A DNA stretch of 44,811 nucleotides from Candidatus Methanomethylicia archaeon (GCA_938030905.1 CALHIW010000001.1:1-44811); one strand, 5' to 3'. Positions 1-10,997 are shown, counted from the first letter of the stretch. Program-made: numbers and translations. Notes: generated from the letters alone by a model not told the origin.

Positions 1-195
1 CAAACAGCAGGTAGAGAATAACCCGAACCTCCTCAAGTAGCCTTATATGAAGAGCCTACTAGCCTTCACAGCCTCCAAAAACATCCAACACAGACACCAG
101 TCTAAAAAGATCTAATAGACCTTTCCTAAAACCTTATCTTGTCAGTATCGAATTTACTAAGCGATAAGTTTAAGTAGTTTCATGTATTCACCGTT

Positions 196-1383
196 ATGGT
201 TAGTATGGATGATTATCTCCTACTGATTCCAGGTCCAACAATGGTTAGTTCACGTGTTTTAAGAGCTATGAGTAGACAAGTTGACTCTCACCTACATTTA
301 GAGTTTAACACTCTTCTTAAAAGTGTAATAGATGACTTAAAGAAGCTTTCAGATTCTTCTGAGGTTTTCATTATAGCTGGTTCAGGTACTCTCGCACAGG
401 AGATTAGTATTGCAAATATTATTGAGCCGGGTGATAAGGTTTTATGTTTCACTAATGGGTTTTTTGGCGGTAGATTTCCTGAAATTGTTAAGAGGCATGG
501 TGGTAAACCTAAAGTGTTTGAGGCTCCTTTAGGCTCAGCTATTAAGCCTGAAGATGTTAGGAAAGCTTTAAGAGAGGATAGCTTTAAAGCTATTACTGTA
601 ACCCATATTGAAACATCAACAGCTGTTAAATCACCTATAAAAGAGATTGGTGAAGTTGTAGCTGGAAGTGGAGCATACTATATTGTTGATGCTGTATGTT
701 CCTTTGGAGGTGTTGAGGTTAAAACAGATAGTTGGAATATTGATGTGTTATGTACATGCTCTCAGAAATGTCTAGCAGCTCCACCTGGACTAGCAATTGT
801 AGGGTTAAGTAAAGGAGCTTTAGAATATCTTGAGAAGAGAGAAGTGCCTATCAGCATGTTTTACGGTGATCTTAAGGGATGGCTTCCAATAATGCGTAAT
901 CCATTAGATATTAAGTACTGGGCTACTCCACCTATAAACCTCATATATGCTTTAAGAGAGGCCTTAAATCAAATATTTGATGAAGGCATTGAGAAAAGAT
1001 TTGAGAGACATAGAATTCTAGGAGAAGCCTTTAGAAGATCTATGGAAGTGCTAGGCTTCAAGCTTGTAGCTGAAAGGGGATATGAAGCAGATACAGTAAC
1101 AGCTCTACACTATCCCAATGGAATTGATGATGTTAAATTTAGAAATTTAGTTGCTGAGAGAAGCATTCTCATATCACCAGGATTTGGACCACTACGAGGG
1201 AAAACATTCAGAGTTGGGCATATGGGCAATATAAGCCCAAACGATCTTATATCAGTAATATCAGCAATAGAGTATTCTCTTCTAAAACTAGGATTTAAAG
1301 TTGAGTTAGGCAGAGGCGTGAAGGAATTCAACGAATCCATAGGCAATAACCATTTTATAAGTAAGCTTGACGAGAAAGCTTAA
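196..1383 (+). CDS. Class V PLP-dependent aminotransferase (serine-pyruvate / alanine-glyoxylate aminotransferase family)
   Basis: 395-aa ORF with the N-terminal LLIPGPT motif, the PLP-lysine context TCSQKCLAAPPGL and C-terminal FRVGHMG, all typical of the AGXT/SGAT family. Confidence 0.85.
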   Translation: MVSMDDYLLLIPGPTMVSSRVLRAMSRQVDSHLHLEFNTLLKSVIDDLKKLSDSSEVFIIAGSGTLAQEISIANIIEPGDKVLCFTNGFFGGRFPEIVKRHGGKPKVFEAPLGSAIKPEDVRKALREDSFKAITVTHIETSTAVKSPIKEIGEVVAGSGAYYIVDAVCSFGGVEVKTDSWNIDVLCTCSQKCLAAPPGLAIVGLSKGALEYLEKREVPISMFYGDLKGWLPIMRNPLDIKYWATPPINLIYALREALNQIFDEGIEKRFERHRILGEAFRRSMEVLGFKLVAERGYEADTVTALHYPNGIDDVKFRNLVAERSILISPGFGPLRGKTFRVGHMGNISPNDLISVISAIEYSLLKLGFKVELGRGVKEFNESIGNNHFISKLDEKA

Positions 1384-1406
1384 ACTTTAGTTCTTGAATG
1401 ATCGTT

Positions 1407-1615
1407 CCGTGGGCTTAGGCGTGTTTTATCGTTTCTCTCATTATTGTTTTACAAATTCTATCATTTATCTTCTTGTTGATTCACGCTGTCAACATATATA
1501 CTATGACTTCATAGCATGGATGCATGTTCATCATCACCCACCTCATACATGGTATATAATTACTGAATAGTTTAGCTCTATCTTTTTACCATATTACCTC
1601 CCAATTACGTCTCCA
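1407..1615. repeat. Short, degenerate copy (D) of the foldback repeat family; boundaries approximate
   Basis: The right end CATATTACCTCCCAATTACGTCTCCA (1590-1615) aligns with the right end of copy A, CATATTAAATCCTAAATTACCACGTCTCCA (10152-10181). The left end CCGTGGGCTTAGGCGTGTTTTAT resembles the left end of A, ACGTGGCGGCTGGGGTTTAT. The left part is GT-rich. Confidence 0.4.
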
Positions 1616-1793
1616 AATCTAAACTATATTATGCTTAATTAATATTTTGCATATAGTGATGAGTTCAGTTAATATAGTTATTTTAGAGCCGTACATAGTA
1701 TAATTCTCTAAGAAATACTAGAGATATAAATGTATTACAACATTACAAAAATCAGTATGTAAAGCGCTTTTCAGTAGGGCTAGTAGTGGAGTA

Positions 1794-2978
1794 TTATGTT
1801 AATAGATTCAGTGCTGTTAATGCTAGGGCTTTTGATGCTGTTAATACTTCATTTAGATCTACCCATTCATCAATGCAGTGGCAGTTTTCAATATTTCCAG
1901 GACCAAAGGTTACAGCAGGTATTTTAGCATCATTAATGAAGTTTCTAACATCACATGTGTATGGTGTACCCCATGGTTCCGGCTCTACACCAACTTCTTT
2001 AAGGCTTCTTGCTAGTACCTTATATATCTCGGAATCTACAGGTATTTCTGCTGATTCTGAGAACTTCATGAGTTTAAGATCATAGTTAAACTCTGGATCT
2101 GAGCTTTTTATACGGTCTAGTATCTCCTTAATCTCTAGAGTACAGTTTTCAATCGTTTCACCTGGAATTACTCTTCTATCAATAACTATTCTACATAGAT
2201 CCGGTATGATGTTTTCCTTCAAGCCTCCTTGAATAACCGTAACTGAACACTTTGAATATCCTATCAATTTATGAGTTCTTCTCTTAATATCTTCATTGTA
2301 TGTTTCAATTTCCTTAATGAATTTAGCTGCTTTACTTATAGCATTAATACCCACTTCAGGTCTACTTGCATGTGCTGCTTTACCCTTAATTAATACTTCA
2401 AACCATGCGAGGCCATTTTCAGCAGTAGCTATTTTAAGACTTGTAGGCTCAGTAACTATGCCCCAATCACCCTTAACTCCTTTATCTATAAGGATTGATT
2501 TGGTTCCAGGCTCATTCGTTTCTTCACCAGCAGCGTAGGTTAATACTAGATCACCCTTAAGCTTTACGTTAGCCTCCTTAATTGCTTTAGCAGCTACTGT
2601 GAATGCAACTAGACCCCCTTTCTGATCTCCTGCACCTCTACCATATAAGCGATTTCCTACAATAACCCCCTCAAATGGATTGTATGTCCAGCTGGAAACA
2701 TCCCCTTCAGGAACAGTATCTATATGACCATTAAAAATAAGTCTTGGCTTACCGATTTCCCCTCTAAGATAAGCAATAACGTTGGGGCGATTAGGTAAAG
2801 CCTCATAAAGCTCCACCTCAAACCCCCAGCTTCTAAGCTGTTCAGCAATAGCTAATGCAAGATCTCTCTCCTCACCTGGAGGATTCCTACTAGGAATACT
2901 AACCCACTTCCTTAATAGACTAGTCACCTCATCAATATTTATTCTATTTAAAACCATTTCCTTGAAATTTTCAACCAT
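1794..2978 (-). CDS. M20 family metallopeptidase (ArgE/DapE/LysK-type deacylase)
   Basis: 394-aa ORF with the GHIDTVP metal-binding motif, the GRGAGDQKGG motif, the AAGEE catalytic Glu pair and a central dimerisation-domain-sized insert. Confidence 0.85.
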   Translation of the reverse strand: MVENFKEMVLNRINIDEVTSLLRKWVSIPSRNPPGEERDLALAIAEQLRSWGFEVELYEALPNRPNVIAYLRGEIGKPRLIFNGHIDTVPEGDVSSWTYNPFEGVIVGNRLYGRGAGDQKGGLVAFTVAAKAIKEANVKLKGDLVLTYAAGEETNEPGTKSILIDKGVKGDWGIVTEPTSLKIATAENGLAWFEVLIKGKAAHASRPEVGINAISKAAKFIKEIETYNEDIKRRTHKLIGYSKCSVTVIQGGLKENIIPDLCRIVIDRRVIPGETIENCTLEIKEILDRIKSSDPEFNYDLKLMKFSESAEIPVDSEIYKVLARSLKEVGVEPEPWGTPYTCDVRNFINDAKIPAVTFGPGNIENCHCIDEWVDLNEVLTASKALALTALNLLT

Positions 2979-3093
2979 ATATTCACCAAATTAACAGCTA
3001 AATACACATAATTAAACTTAACGACCAGCTTAAATCCAAAATTGATTATTACCAGTTAAAATACTTCCAGAAGTTAGGTTTCATTTCTACCTA

Positions 3094-3816
3094 GTGGTAA
3101 ATTTAAATTTGGTTGTAAATATATTCTGTATGGTTATCGCTGGTAAAATATTTCGTTTAAGAGAGAAACTAGATTTAAATACAGTAGCTGCTAAATTAAA
3201 GGATTACCGAAGGGAATTTATTCAGCCAATAGAGGGAGTTGAGTTAAGCCTAATAACTGAGGTTAAAGATATTATTGTAAGAGGGGGTGAAGTAGAGGCT
3301 TTATTCTCTAGAGATGAAGTTATTAAAATATATCAGAGAGGAAGCATTGTACCACAGGTAAGAACTAAGGAAACTCCACTATTATTTTCAGAGTTTAAAG
3401 GTGAAGTTTTACTTACAATACTTGAGAAGAAATTTCAAGCAAACAATATTGCAAATCAGGTAAGTAAGGCTCTCTTCATCACATCAGGTCAAATAGTTGA
3501 AGCTAAAATACTTCCTGAAACCCTAAAAGGCTTCCATGAACAGAACCCTGAAGCAACAAAAGTCATATTTTTCAATGATGTTGATATACCAAATATAAAT
3601 AAGCTAAGCCTATATGGTGAGAGTCTAGCTAACACTACACTATATAATGAATACTGCTCACATGGAAAAATATGGTATATAGTGTTTAGAAGTAAAAAAT
3701 ATGGTTACATAACTGGTATAACTAGAAATGCTATTGTAACAGTATTTAACAACATCTTAAGAGATGAATTTCTCAACTATGTAAAGAATGAGGTTTTCCC
3801 CTTACTTCACATATAA
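3094..3816 (+). CDS. Hypothetical protein with no recognisable motif
   Basis: 240-aa ORF with coding-like composition and no competing ORF. The annotated GTG start is doubtful and an ATG at 3130 (MVIAGKIF) is an alternative. Confidence 0.5.
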   Translation: MVNLNLVVNIFCMVIAGKIFRLREKLDLNTVAAKLKDYRREFIQPIEGVELSLITEVKDIIVRGGEVEALFSRDEVIKIYQRGSIVPQVRTKETPLLFSEFKGEVLLTILEKKFQANNIANQVSKALFITSGQIVEAKILPETLKGFHEQNPEATKVIFFNDVDIPNINKLSLYGESLANTTLYNEYCSHGKIWYIVFRSKKYGYITGITRNAIVTVFNNILRDEFLNYVKNEVFPLLHI

Positions 3817-3980
3817 TATCATCCCACCTCAAAATATTAATACTTCATTAAATAAAACTATAGCAGGTAATTAGCTGTTAACAGTAATATCTTGTATTGA
3901 TGATTTCTAAATGAAATGAAAACTTCAGCTAATAATAGTATACATAATAAGCTTATAAGTTTTGTATTTTAAATTGTTTA

Positions 3981-4676
3981 ATGAGTAGTGTTAAAAAGGC
4001 TTTAGCTGAGCTTTATGATGTGATTGCTCAAAGCTACGCATATACTAGACGTCGTTTATGGGCTCCAGTTGATAAGGTTCTTCCAGCAGGTAGGATTATA
4101 GATATTGGCTCTGGGCCTGGCTTGTATGCTGTAAATATATCTAGTAAACTTGGCGTTGACGTCATATGTATGGATATCTCTATTGGTATGCTTAAAGCTG
4201 CAAGGAGACATGCTAAGAATAAATCTATTTACCCATTAATACATTTAGTTATAGCTGATCTAGAGTATGCTCCATTTAGAAGTTATGGTTTTGATGCTGC
4301 TTTATGTATAGCTACAATACATCACTTACCAACACGTAGATCGAGAATCAATGGTTTAAGAGAAGTTGCAAGAATTCTAAAACCCAATAGTAAAGTTCTA
4401 ATAACAGCATGGCACATCCTTCATCCAAGAAATCTAATTAGAGTATTAATCAATATTCCAACATCAATATTTAAAGGTAGAGCTATAGGTGATATATATG
4501 TATCATGGCATTATAAAGGAGCTCTACTGAAAAGATTTTACCATTTATACACACTTAAAGAACTTAAAAGTGATGTTATTAATGCTGGTTTAAGCATTAT
4601 TGAGGATGGATACATTAGAGTGAAAAGTAGAATAGCTGAAAACATCTATGTATTAGCTCAAGTAGGCTTAACATAG
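3981..4676 (+). CDS. Class I SAM-dependent methyltransferase
   Basis: 231-aa ORF with motif I IIDIGSGPGLYA, an acidic post-I residue (CMDIS) and motif II/III LKPNSKVLITAW, giving a Methyltransf_11-like layout. Confidence 0.8.
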   Translation: MSSVKKALAELYDVIAQSYAYTRRRLWAPVDKVLPAGRIIDIGSGPGLYAVNISSKLGVDVICMDISIGMLKAARRHAKNKSIYPLIHLVIADLEYAPFRSYGFDAALCIATIHHLPTRRSRINGLREVARILKPNSKVLITAWHILHPRNLIRVLINIPTSIFKGRAIGDIYVSWHYKGALLKRFYHLYTLKELKSDVINAGLSIIEDGYIRVKSRIAENIYVLAQVGLT

Positions 4677-4920
4677 TATCCAACTTAATTACCCATCCAG
4701 CAGTAAGCATATTGAAGCCGTATTCCGCATCATCAGGAACCTTTTACATAGCATATTCAACCTATTTAACTTACCCCGGTATCATCTTAAATATTTCCTA
4801 CAGAAACATCAATTCTCATAATTCATGGCTAACTAGCCTGAGGAATTCTTAGAACCTGTAAACCCTATAATCAGGAGATATGAACTACTAATAATACTAG
4901 TCATAGGAGTTTAAGATATA

Positions 4921-6093
4921 TTACTTAGTAGTTTTTTTATGTTTTTGTATTTTAGTTTTTAGTGTTTTATATCCTAAGTATCCTACTCCCCCTACTAGAG
5001 CCATGGGTATTAGGGATAGAGCTCCTGAAATTATTAGGCTTATAACTACTATCATGGCGTTTACTCCTGACTGTATTGTAGAAGTAAGGTCAAAACCTAT
5101 CTCCACAGTTTTAGGCTTAGCTATTCTTATAGTTATTGTAGATATATCTATACTACTTTCCGCTACTCCGAGCTTACGATCAGTTATTTTTGCCTCAATT
5201 ATCTCCTCAATTTTCCCTATATCCTTAGTTTTAGCCTCTACTATTAGGTATGCATTACTTCCCCCACTCCAGGATTCCACTATCCTCCCTATAGTTCCTG
5301 TCTTCACTATTAAGTTATTGAATTCCTCCTGAACATTTGATGTTTCACATGAAAGATCAATTCTATACACTTTATATCTTACTGTTAATTCAATAGTTAT
5401 GGATGCATATTCAACTCTTCCCATTAAGCCTTTAAGCTGAGCATCCATTCTCTCTATATCAGCTCTAACTCTTGTAAGCTGGTTCTCTATCTTTAAAACA
5501 TCATCTACAGTAACTGCCCTATTTAAAAGTTGAATAAGTCTAGATTCTAAAGCTCTTGAAGCATTAAGTCTACTTTTTAAGTCAATAACTTGCTCAGTAA
5601 CATCTTGTGTTGAAATACTTATACTCTCCACTCTTCCTATTTGCTGTACTGCAAGCATTGCCTCCTCAAATCTACTACTTGGAATACGTAGCTCAACAGT
5701 TGCTCCCCCCTCATATCCTTTACTATTATGAACATACCCGTTAAAACCTAATGCTAAATTAATAAGCTGCTGATATGCCAAAGTAATATTTGAAACAGTA
5801 AGCCTAACATATCCTATCTTTACAATCATTCTCTCCCACCCTACAGATGATGGGGATACTATACCCTTATCCACAGTTGGAGTAGCTGTTGGAATAGTTG
5901 ATGTAGTAGGAGCAGGGTAACTAGCTTCTGGATAGATAATTGCTGGAATAGGTGTAGGAGCTAGCACTTCTCGAGATCTACCTGAATAAGCACTTTTATC
6001 TAATATCTCACTAACATTAGACAAGTTTATTCCTATACCAACTATTAATGAAGATAATACTATTAAAGCTATAATGGTTAATATTTTATTCAT
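4921..6093 (-). CDS. DUF4349-like membrane-anchored coiled-coil protein
   Basis: 390-aa ORF with an N-terminal TM helix, a Pro/Thr-rich linker, a coiled-coil core (DLKSRLNASRALESRLIQLL...ENQLTRVRADIERMDAQLKGL) and C-terminal TM helices with a basic tail. Confidence 0.65.
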   Translation of the reverse strand: MNKILTIIALIVLSSLIVGIGINLSNVSEILDKSAYSGRSREVLAPTPIPAIIYPEASYPAPTTSTIPTATPTVDKGIVSPSSVGWERMIVKIGYVRLTVSNITLAYQQLINLALGFNGYVHNSKGYEGGATVELRIPSSRFEEAMLAVQQIGRVESISISTQDVTEQVIDLKSRLNASRALESRLIQLLNRAVTVDDVLKIENQLTRVRADIERMDAQLKGLMGRVEYASITIELTVRYKVYRIDLSCETSNVQEEFNNLIVKTGTIGRIVESWSGGSNAYLIVEAKTKDIGKIEEIIEAKITDRKLGVAESSIDISTITIRIAKPKTVEIGFDLTSTIQSGVNAMIVVISLIISGALSLIPMALVGGVGYLGYKTLKTKIQKHKKTTK

Positions 6094-6578
6094 AATTTAC
6101 TGAATTAACACCTCTATATATTTTCCCCTCACCATTAATACGTATCATAAATGCATTAACTATTTAAGCTCCTAATATAGAATAGTAATAGAGCTTAAAG
6201 TTAAATACGTTTATTATAATGTATTCCTATTTATTCCCTAAGAGGCTGTTAATGACATCAGTGTTATGATTACTTCTTCTGTATTTGATATGTTGCCTCA
6301 GGATTTAAGTCATCGATAAACTACTTCTACTAGATTGTTGAAGATTTATCAGCTTACTTGTAAGGTCTTCAGAATATACTTCATCTTTAAGATATTACTA
6401 GGGTGAGAGCTAATCTAATTCTTCAACTCAACAGGCTATTACACATAAATAGTTTAAGCACACCAACTAAACTTCTAGCATTAACATAAACACGCCATAA
6501 ACAAGACTTAAACATTTTAAGTTATTCTATCTGTTTATCTTAACGTAAGATTTAAATCCATAATTATCTATGTGAATT

Positions 6579-7772
6579 ATGAATGGTCGCAGCGGCTTTT
6601 ATGGATGGCTTGTGGTTGTAGCTGCTTTTCTTGTGATGTTTATTGAATGTGTACTTTATATTTACGGTATTTTTCTTAAGCCACTTATTGAGGAGTTTGG
6701 ATGGTTACGTGGATCAGTATCGTCTATTCATGCAGTAATGATGGCTACATATACGATAACAGTTATTCCAATGGGTAGGCTCTATGATAAGTATGGTCCA
6801 GATAAATTAATGGTTGCTAGCTGTATTCTAGTTGGTTCAGGATTAATGTTAAGTAGTGCAGTATCTTCGATTTGGCAACTATATTTTACGTTTAGTGTGA
6901 TGTTGGGGCTTGGTTTCAGTCCAATATACCTATCCTCCATGTCAACTATTCTAAGAAGGTTTACATCGAGAAGTGGATTAGCAATAGGGGTTGCAACCTC
7001 AGGAATTGGGGTTGGACAGTTAATAATGGCTCCATCTTTAACTCACATTATAGGTATTTATGGTTGGAGATTTGCCTTCATTGTAAGTGGTGTATTTTCA
7101 ATGTTTATAATTGCACTATCTACAATCATTATAAGCAGTACGTATAGAGGCTTAAGGATAAATACTTACAATGATGATAAGCTATGTAGAGGGGAAACAT
7201 TAAATGGAGCTTTAAAAACATGGATTTTCAAAATTGTTTACTTAAACTATATCTTAGCCTGTCTTGCTCTTTTCATAGTTTTAGTACATATGGTTCCATA
7301 CAGTATAGATATTGGTGTAGATCCATTAACAGCATCATATTGGTTAGGGCTAGTTGGAGTTTCAAGCGTACCTGGAAGAATTATTATGGGATTTGTATCA
7401 GATAAAATTGGGAAGGCTAATACATTTGCCTTATGCTGTCTATTTGAAGGATTTCTCATACTTCTCCTCCTCACTGGAAAGCATATACTACTATCTATAT
7501 TTGCTGTGTTTTTCGGATTTTTCTATGGTGGATGGATGGCTATGTATGCTCCATTAATTAGTGAGCTTTTCGGACTTAAACATATAGGCAGTATACTGGG
7601 AACCATTGCTACAACCTTTGGAATTGGAGGAGCATTAGGACCAACATTTGCAGGGTATGTATTTGATATTTTTGGAAGCTATACAATAGTCTTCATAATA
7701 TGTATGGTTATGTTTATATTGGTATCTCTACTAATTATTGGATTAAGAAAACACTTAAAGTTTAAATATTAA
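6579..7772 (+). CDS. MFS transporter (oxalate/formate antiporter or monocarboxylate-like)
   Basis: 397-aa ORF with about 12 predicted hydrophobic helices and an MFS loop 2-3 motif region (MGRLYDKYGPDKLM). Confidence 0.8.
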   Translation: MNGRSGFYGWLVVVAAFLVMFIECVLYIYGIFLKPLIEEFGWLRGSVSSIHAVMMATYTITVIPMGRLYDKYGPDKLMVASCILVGSGLMLSSAVSSIWQLYFTFSVMLGLGFSPIYLSSMSTILRRFTSRSGLAIGVATSGIGVGQLIMAPSLTHIIGIYGWRFAFIVSGVFSMFIIALSTIIISSTYRGLRINTYNDDKLCRGETLNGALKTWIFKIVYLNYILACLALFIVLVHMVPYSIDIGVDPLTASYWLGLVGVSSVPGRIIMGFVSDKIGKANTFALCCLFEGFLILLLLTGKHILLSIFAVFFGFFYGGWMAMYAPLISELFGLKHIGSILGTIATTFGIGGALGPTFAGYVFDIFGSYTIVFIICMVMFILVSLLIIGLRKHLKFKY

Positions 7773-8664
7773 ACTAAACAATTAATGCCATCTACCTATA
7801 CTCTCAGACTCATTGTAAACCCCACTAAATCTTCGAGTAAACACTACCAAAACTTACTATAATGCATAATAACCTCCATTAACGAGTATGCGAATTCTCA
7901 TATCACTCCTATATTGAATCCATCACTTCATTCCTTTAGCTTCTATACCATCTATACTTTGAAGAATACTAGGTACCTATCCCATATACTGCTTCTTGAA
8001 GTCTCTTAGCATCCTCTACAGCTATTTAGGAACCATATTATAAGGTATCCACTCACAACCAATAGTAGCTTATAGGATTTCATTAATTGTTTATTTACTA
8101 TCACCATAGGTCATCCTAATAGGAGGAGCTAGAGACTACACATGGATGAATTTCAAACTGGTTTCTACGTAAACCCTCTATGTTAATAAATGCAAAATCG
8201 AGATAGGTAAGCATTTAAAGATTTTACTGAAAAGCATGATTAATACATATCAGAAATGTAAAGCCATTAGAACATGCTAGAGAGTACTATACATACTACA
8301 ACTAATAAGACTACGACTAATAAGATCATACATAATTAAATGAGTAAGCACCATATAGAAAATAGATTAAGGCATTATTAAATTCCTAACTTTACTCTAC
8401 TATTCTAATATTCTTAGAATATATTAAATTAAGACTATGACTTAGCGGAATAATCAAGTACTATAGTGTAGCCTTCAACTCTTACCTATTGAGTATTACT
8501 ACTGTGATGAAAGATAATTAACTGTTCAAGATGAAGAATTACCCAACGTAGTTCTTACCCTCAGGGCTAGAAGCTGGTTAAATATTAAGTCTAAGCCTGG
8601 TTAGTGAATACATTTAATAATTAAGCTTCTAGATGCTATAGTTGAGTTTAGACCTCTATGCATA

Positions 8665-9474
8665 TCATGTAATGAATAGTATTGGCTGTATAGTCATTCT
8701 TAAGCCTATGAAAAGTAGGAATATTCCAAAAGCCCTCTTCAACTGTTTAGGTTTTGTTCTCCTAGCAATGTATGCTCCTACCTGTGCTCCAAATGCTATG
8801 AAGAATCCTGCTGTTGTACCATATGTTAAATCCACATTTCCTATTGTTAAATGTGTTAGTAGACTTGATGTTGATGTAAATATCATTGTAAACATTGATG
8901 TAGCTACAGCAATATGTATTGGTAAACCCATAAATATAACCATGAGAGAAACAACAATAATCCCCCCTCCAACACCGAAAAACCCACCAGTAAACCCAGC
9001 TAGAAAACCAACAATTAAGCTAAAGCCTACTGATACGTAGTATTCAAATTTTCCCCCATCCCTATCTACAATAATTCTCTTTAAGCTCCCCCTAACCATA
9101 CTTCTAAACTCTTTATTAGCTGTAAGTATCATGTATAGTGAGGTAAATACTAGAAATAAGCCAAAAAACGATGTTAACATTACGGAGGAGAAAAACTTTG
9201 TAGCATAAGCCCCCAAGCCAGCACCAATAATACTTAATGCAGCTAAAAATATACCAACAACCCTATCAATCCTCCCCTGTCTAAAATACGCTATACTTGC
9301 TGATAAAGCTGTAAAGAGTATTGCAAAACTACTTGTACCTACAGCCTTATGAGCTGTAAAACCAAGAATCAAGTTAAATATCGGAACCATAAGAAAACCC
9401 CCGCCAACCCCAATCATAGCTGAAACAATACCGACAATAAATATCCCAAGCCCAAACAATACTATTTCAATCAT
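8665..9474 (-). CDS. TauE/SafE family sulfite/anion exporter (DUF81)
   Basis: 269-aa polytopic ORF with duplicated GVGGG motifs (IGVGGGFLMVP and FGVGGGIIVV) characteristic of the family. Confidence 0.85.
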   Translation of the reverse strand: MIEIVLFGLGIFIVGIVSAMIGVGGGFLMVPIFNLILGFTAHKAVGTSSFAILFTALSASIAYFRQGRIDRVVGIFLAALSIIGAGLGAYATKFFSSVMLTSFFGLFLVFTSLYMILTANKEFRSMVRGSLKRIIVDRDGGKFEYYVSVGFSLIVGFLAGFTGGFFGVGGGIIVVSLMVIFMGLPIHIAVATSMFTMIFTSTSSLLTHLTIGNVDLTYGTTAGFFIAFGAQVGAYIARRTKPKQLKRAFGIFLLFIGLRMTIQPILFIT

Positions 9475-9536
9475 ATAATACCAGCAAGTCTAGAACTCAT
9501 CTATCTATACTTATAAGTTTTTCTACACCATCAAGG

Positions 9537-10178
9537 GACGTGGCGGCTGGGGTTTATTTTTAGGTTGTTGTAGTTGTATGTGGATGTTTGTAGAGTAGGT
9601 TCAGTATTCTTATCTCTTCCCCTCTTAGGTGTGGGTTATGTTGGTTGAATGTTGTTTATGCTTTGCTTAATGATGAGGAGCCTGACTCTATAGGCTTCCC
9701 AACTCTTGACTTGATGATTGTAGGCTAATCAAAGCATTGTAGTGGATTTCTTCAGCCATGGAGTATTACCAACTACAAATTCTGTTACCTCAAGTACTTT
9801 AAATGTCTTTGAGGAGGGATTTGGAGGTTAGTATTCCTTATTGAATAAACCCTCATGAATATCAGCTCATCCAATCAACATCTAAGGATGAATACACCAA
9901 TACCATCCACCCTAACGCATACCTCATCAACAGCGATGAAACACCCCCTCAAATGCTATCTACAGCCACAACCCAACAACCCAACCCCTCAGACAACAAT
10001 CCTAGAAACCACACACAATCCAACAAACCCACCCCAAGACTTAAAACTTGAAAGTACATAGCTAAACCAATAACCCTAAAGCCTACAAAATCCACCCCCC
10101 ACAAACAACCCAAACCACCCAACAAACCCCAACACCAAACATAAAAAACTACATATTAAATCCTAAATTACCACGTCT
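9537..10178. mobile_element. Non-coding foldback (MITE-like) element, copy A
   Basis: Terminal inverted repeats GACGTGG (9537-9543) and CCACGTC (10171-10177) are flanked by the direct repeat CCATCAAGG (9528-9536 and 10179-10187). The left arm is GT-rich and the right arm is CA-rich. The arms align as imperfect inverted repeats: CTTAGGTGTGGGTTATGTTGG at about 9625 matches the reverse complement of about 10020-10050, CTTGGGGTGGGTTTGTTGG. Confidence 0.6.
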
Positions 10179-10187
10179 CCATCAAGG

Positions 10188-10997
10188 ATTGTGTCCGAGT
10201 AAGGAGGGTATTTAAAGGTTTTGGTTTAGCTTCTTCGCATGAATATTGTTGCTCTAATCTCTAGCTGCTTCAAGCATAGTAGAAGAGTTGTGAAGTTAAA
10301 TATACAACGCATTGTTCAGTAGTTAAAAGTCAATTCTAAACGATTTAGGCTACTATCTCTATTATTGTATGGTCATAGTTTTCAAGGAGCCTTCTCTATC
10401 CAACTATATCCATATATTTTCCAATACCATTCCCCTCTTTTCCCTGAATATATCCAAATCTTCCATACTCCTCACTATTGTTTTGTGTTGTTAGTGTTTC
10501 CTTGTTTAATTCCTGATTTGATTTTGACTTTTCCATCTTATTCCTGAATCTATTAGTTTTCTTGATGCTTCTCTATGTATTTTTACTGCTTTCTCCATAT
10601 CTTTTAATGCTATGAATGATGTATCCCCACTACTCCTGATACTTCATCACCATATATTGTTATGAACATGTTATTATCTTGTGATCTTAGTGTTTTGATG
10701 TTTTTAATGGTTTCCAGATTCAATACATACCGATTCATATACTACATCTAAATTTTCAAACACTATCCTAATATAGAGTTCACCCTCACCTATCCTCTCT
10801 AAATAAACCTTAACATCATCAACCATACTAGGACCTATAAATGCAATACCTAGAAAACCCACCATCCAACACCTCAGCCATAACAACAAGTACACCTAAC
10901 AAAAACATTAAAAGAATAGCTAAAACCACTATACCCAACTCAAATAAATATGGTAGAACCAATATATTGCTGTTAAAAATATTCCGTAAAGAATCAT
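10188..10997. repeat. Second, more degenerate copy (E) of the foldback repeat, in tandem with copy A
   Basis: CCAACACCTCAGCCATAACAACAAG (10866-10890) matches CCAACCCCTCAGACAACAAT in A (9981-10000). ATAGCTAAAACCACTATACCC (10916-10936) matches ATAGCTAAACCAATAACCC in A (10058-10076). The left half is GT-rich and shares TTCCCCTCTT with A. A third ATCAAGGA follows at 10998-11005. Confidence 0.45.

Noticed and set aside
1-195. A possible gene running off the left edge of the window
   Set aside because: No frame on either strand stays open to position 1 with a plausible start. The longest candidate is about 14 codons.
1786-9040. Antisense or overlapping track ORFs 1110-1346, 1786-2085, 2296-2538, 5003-5332, 7220-7405, 7247-7474, 7354-7557 and 8642-9040
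   Set aside because: Each is embedded in, or antisense to, a longer ORF with clear family motifs. None has a motif of its own.
9669-9730. C/D-box sRNA-like motifs (AATGATGA ... CTGA ... TTGATGA) inside repeat copy A
   Set aside because: The spacing between the C box and the D-prime-like CTGA is only 5 nt where about 12 nt is needed. There is no terminal D box and no terminal stem.
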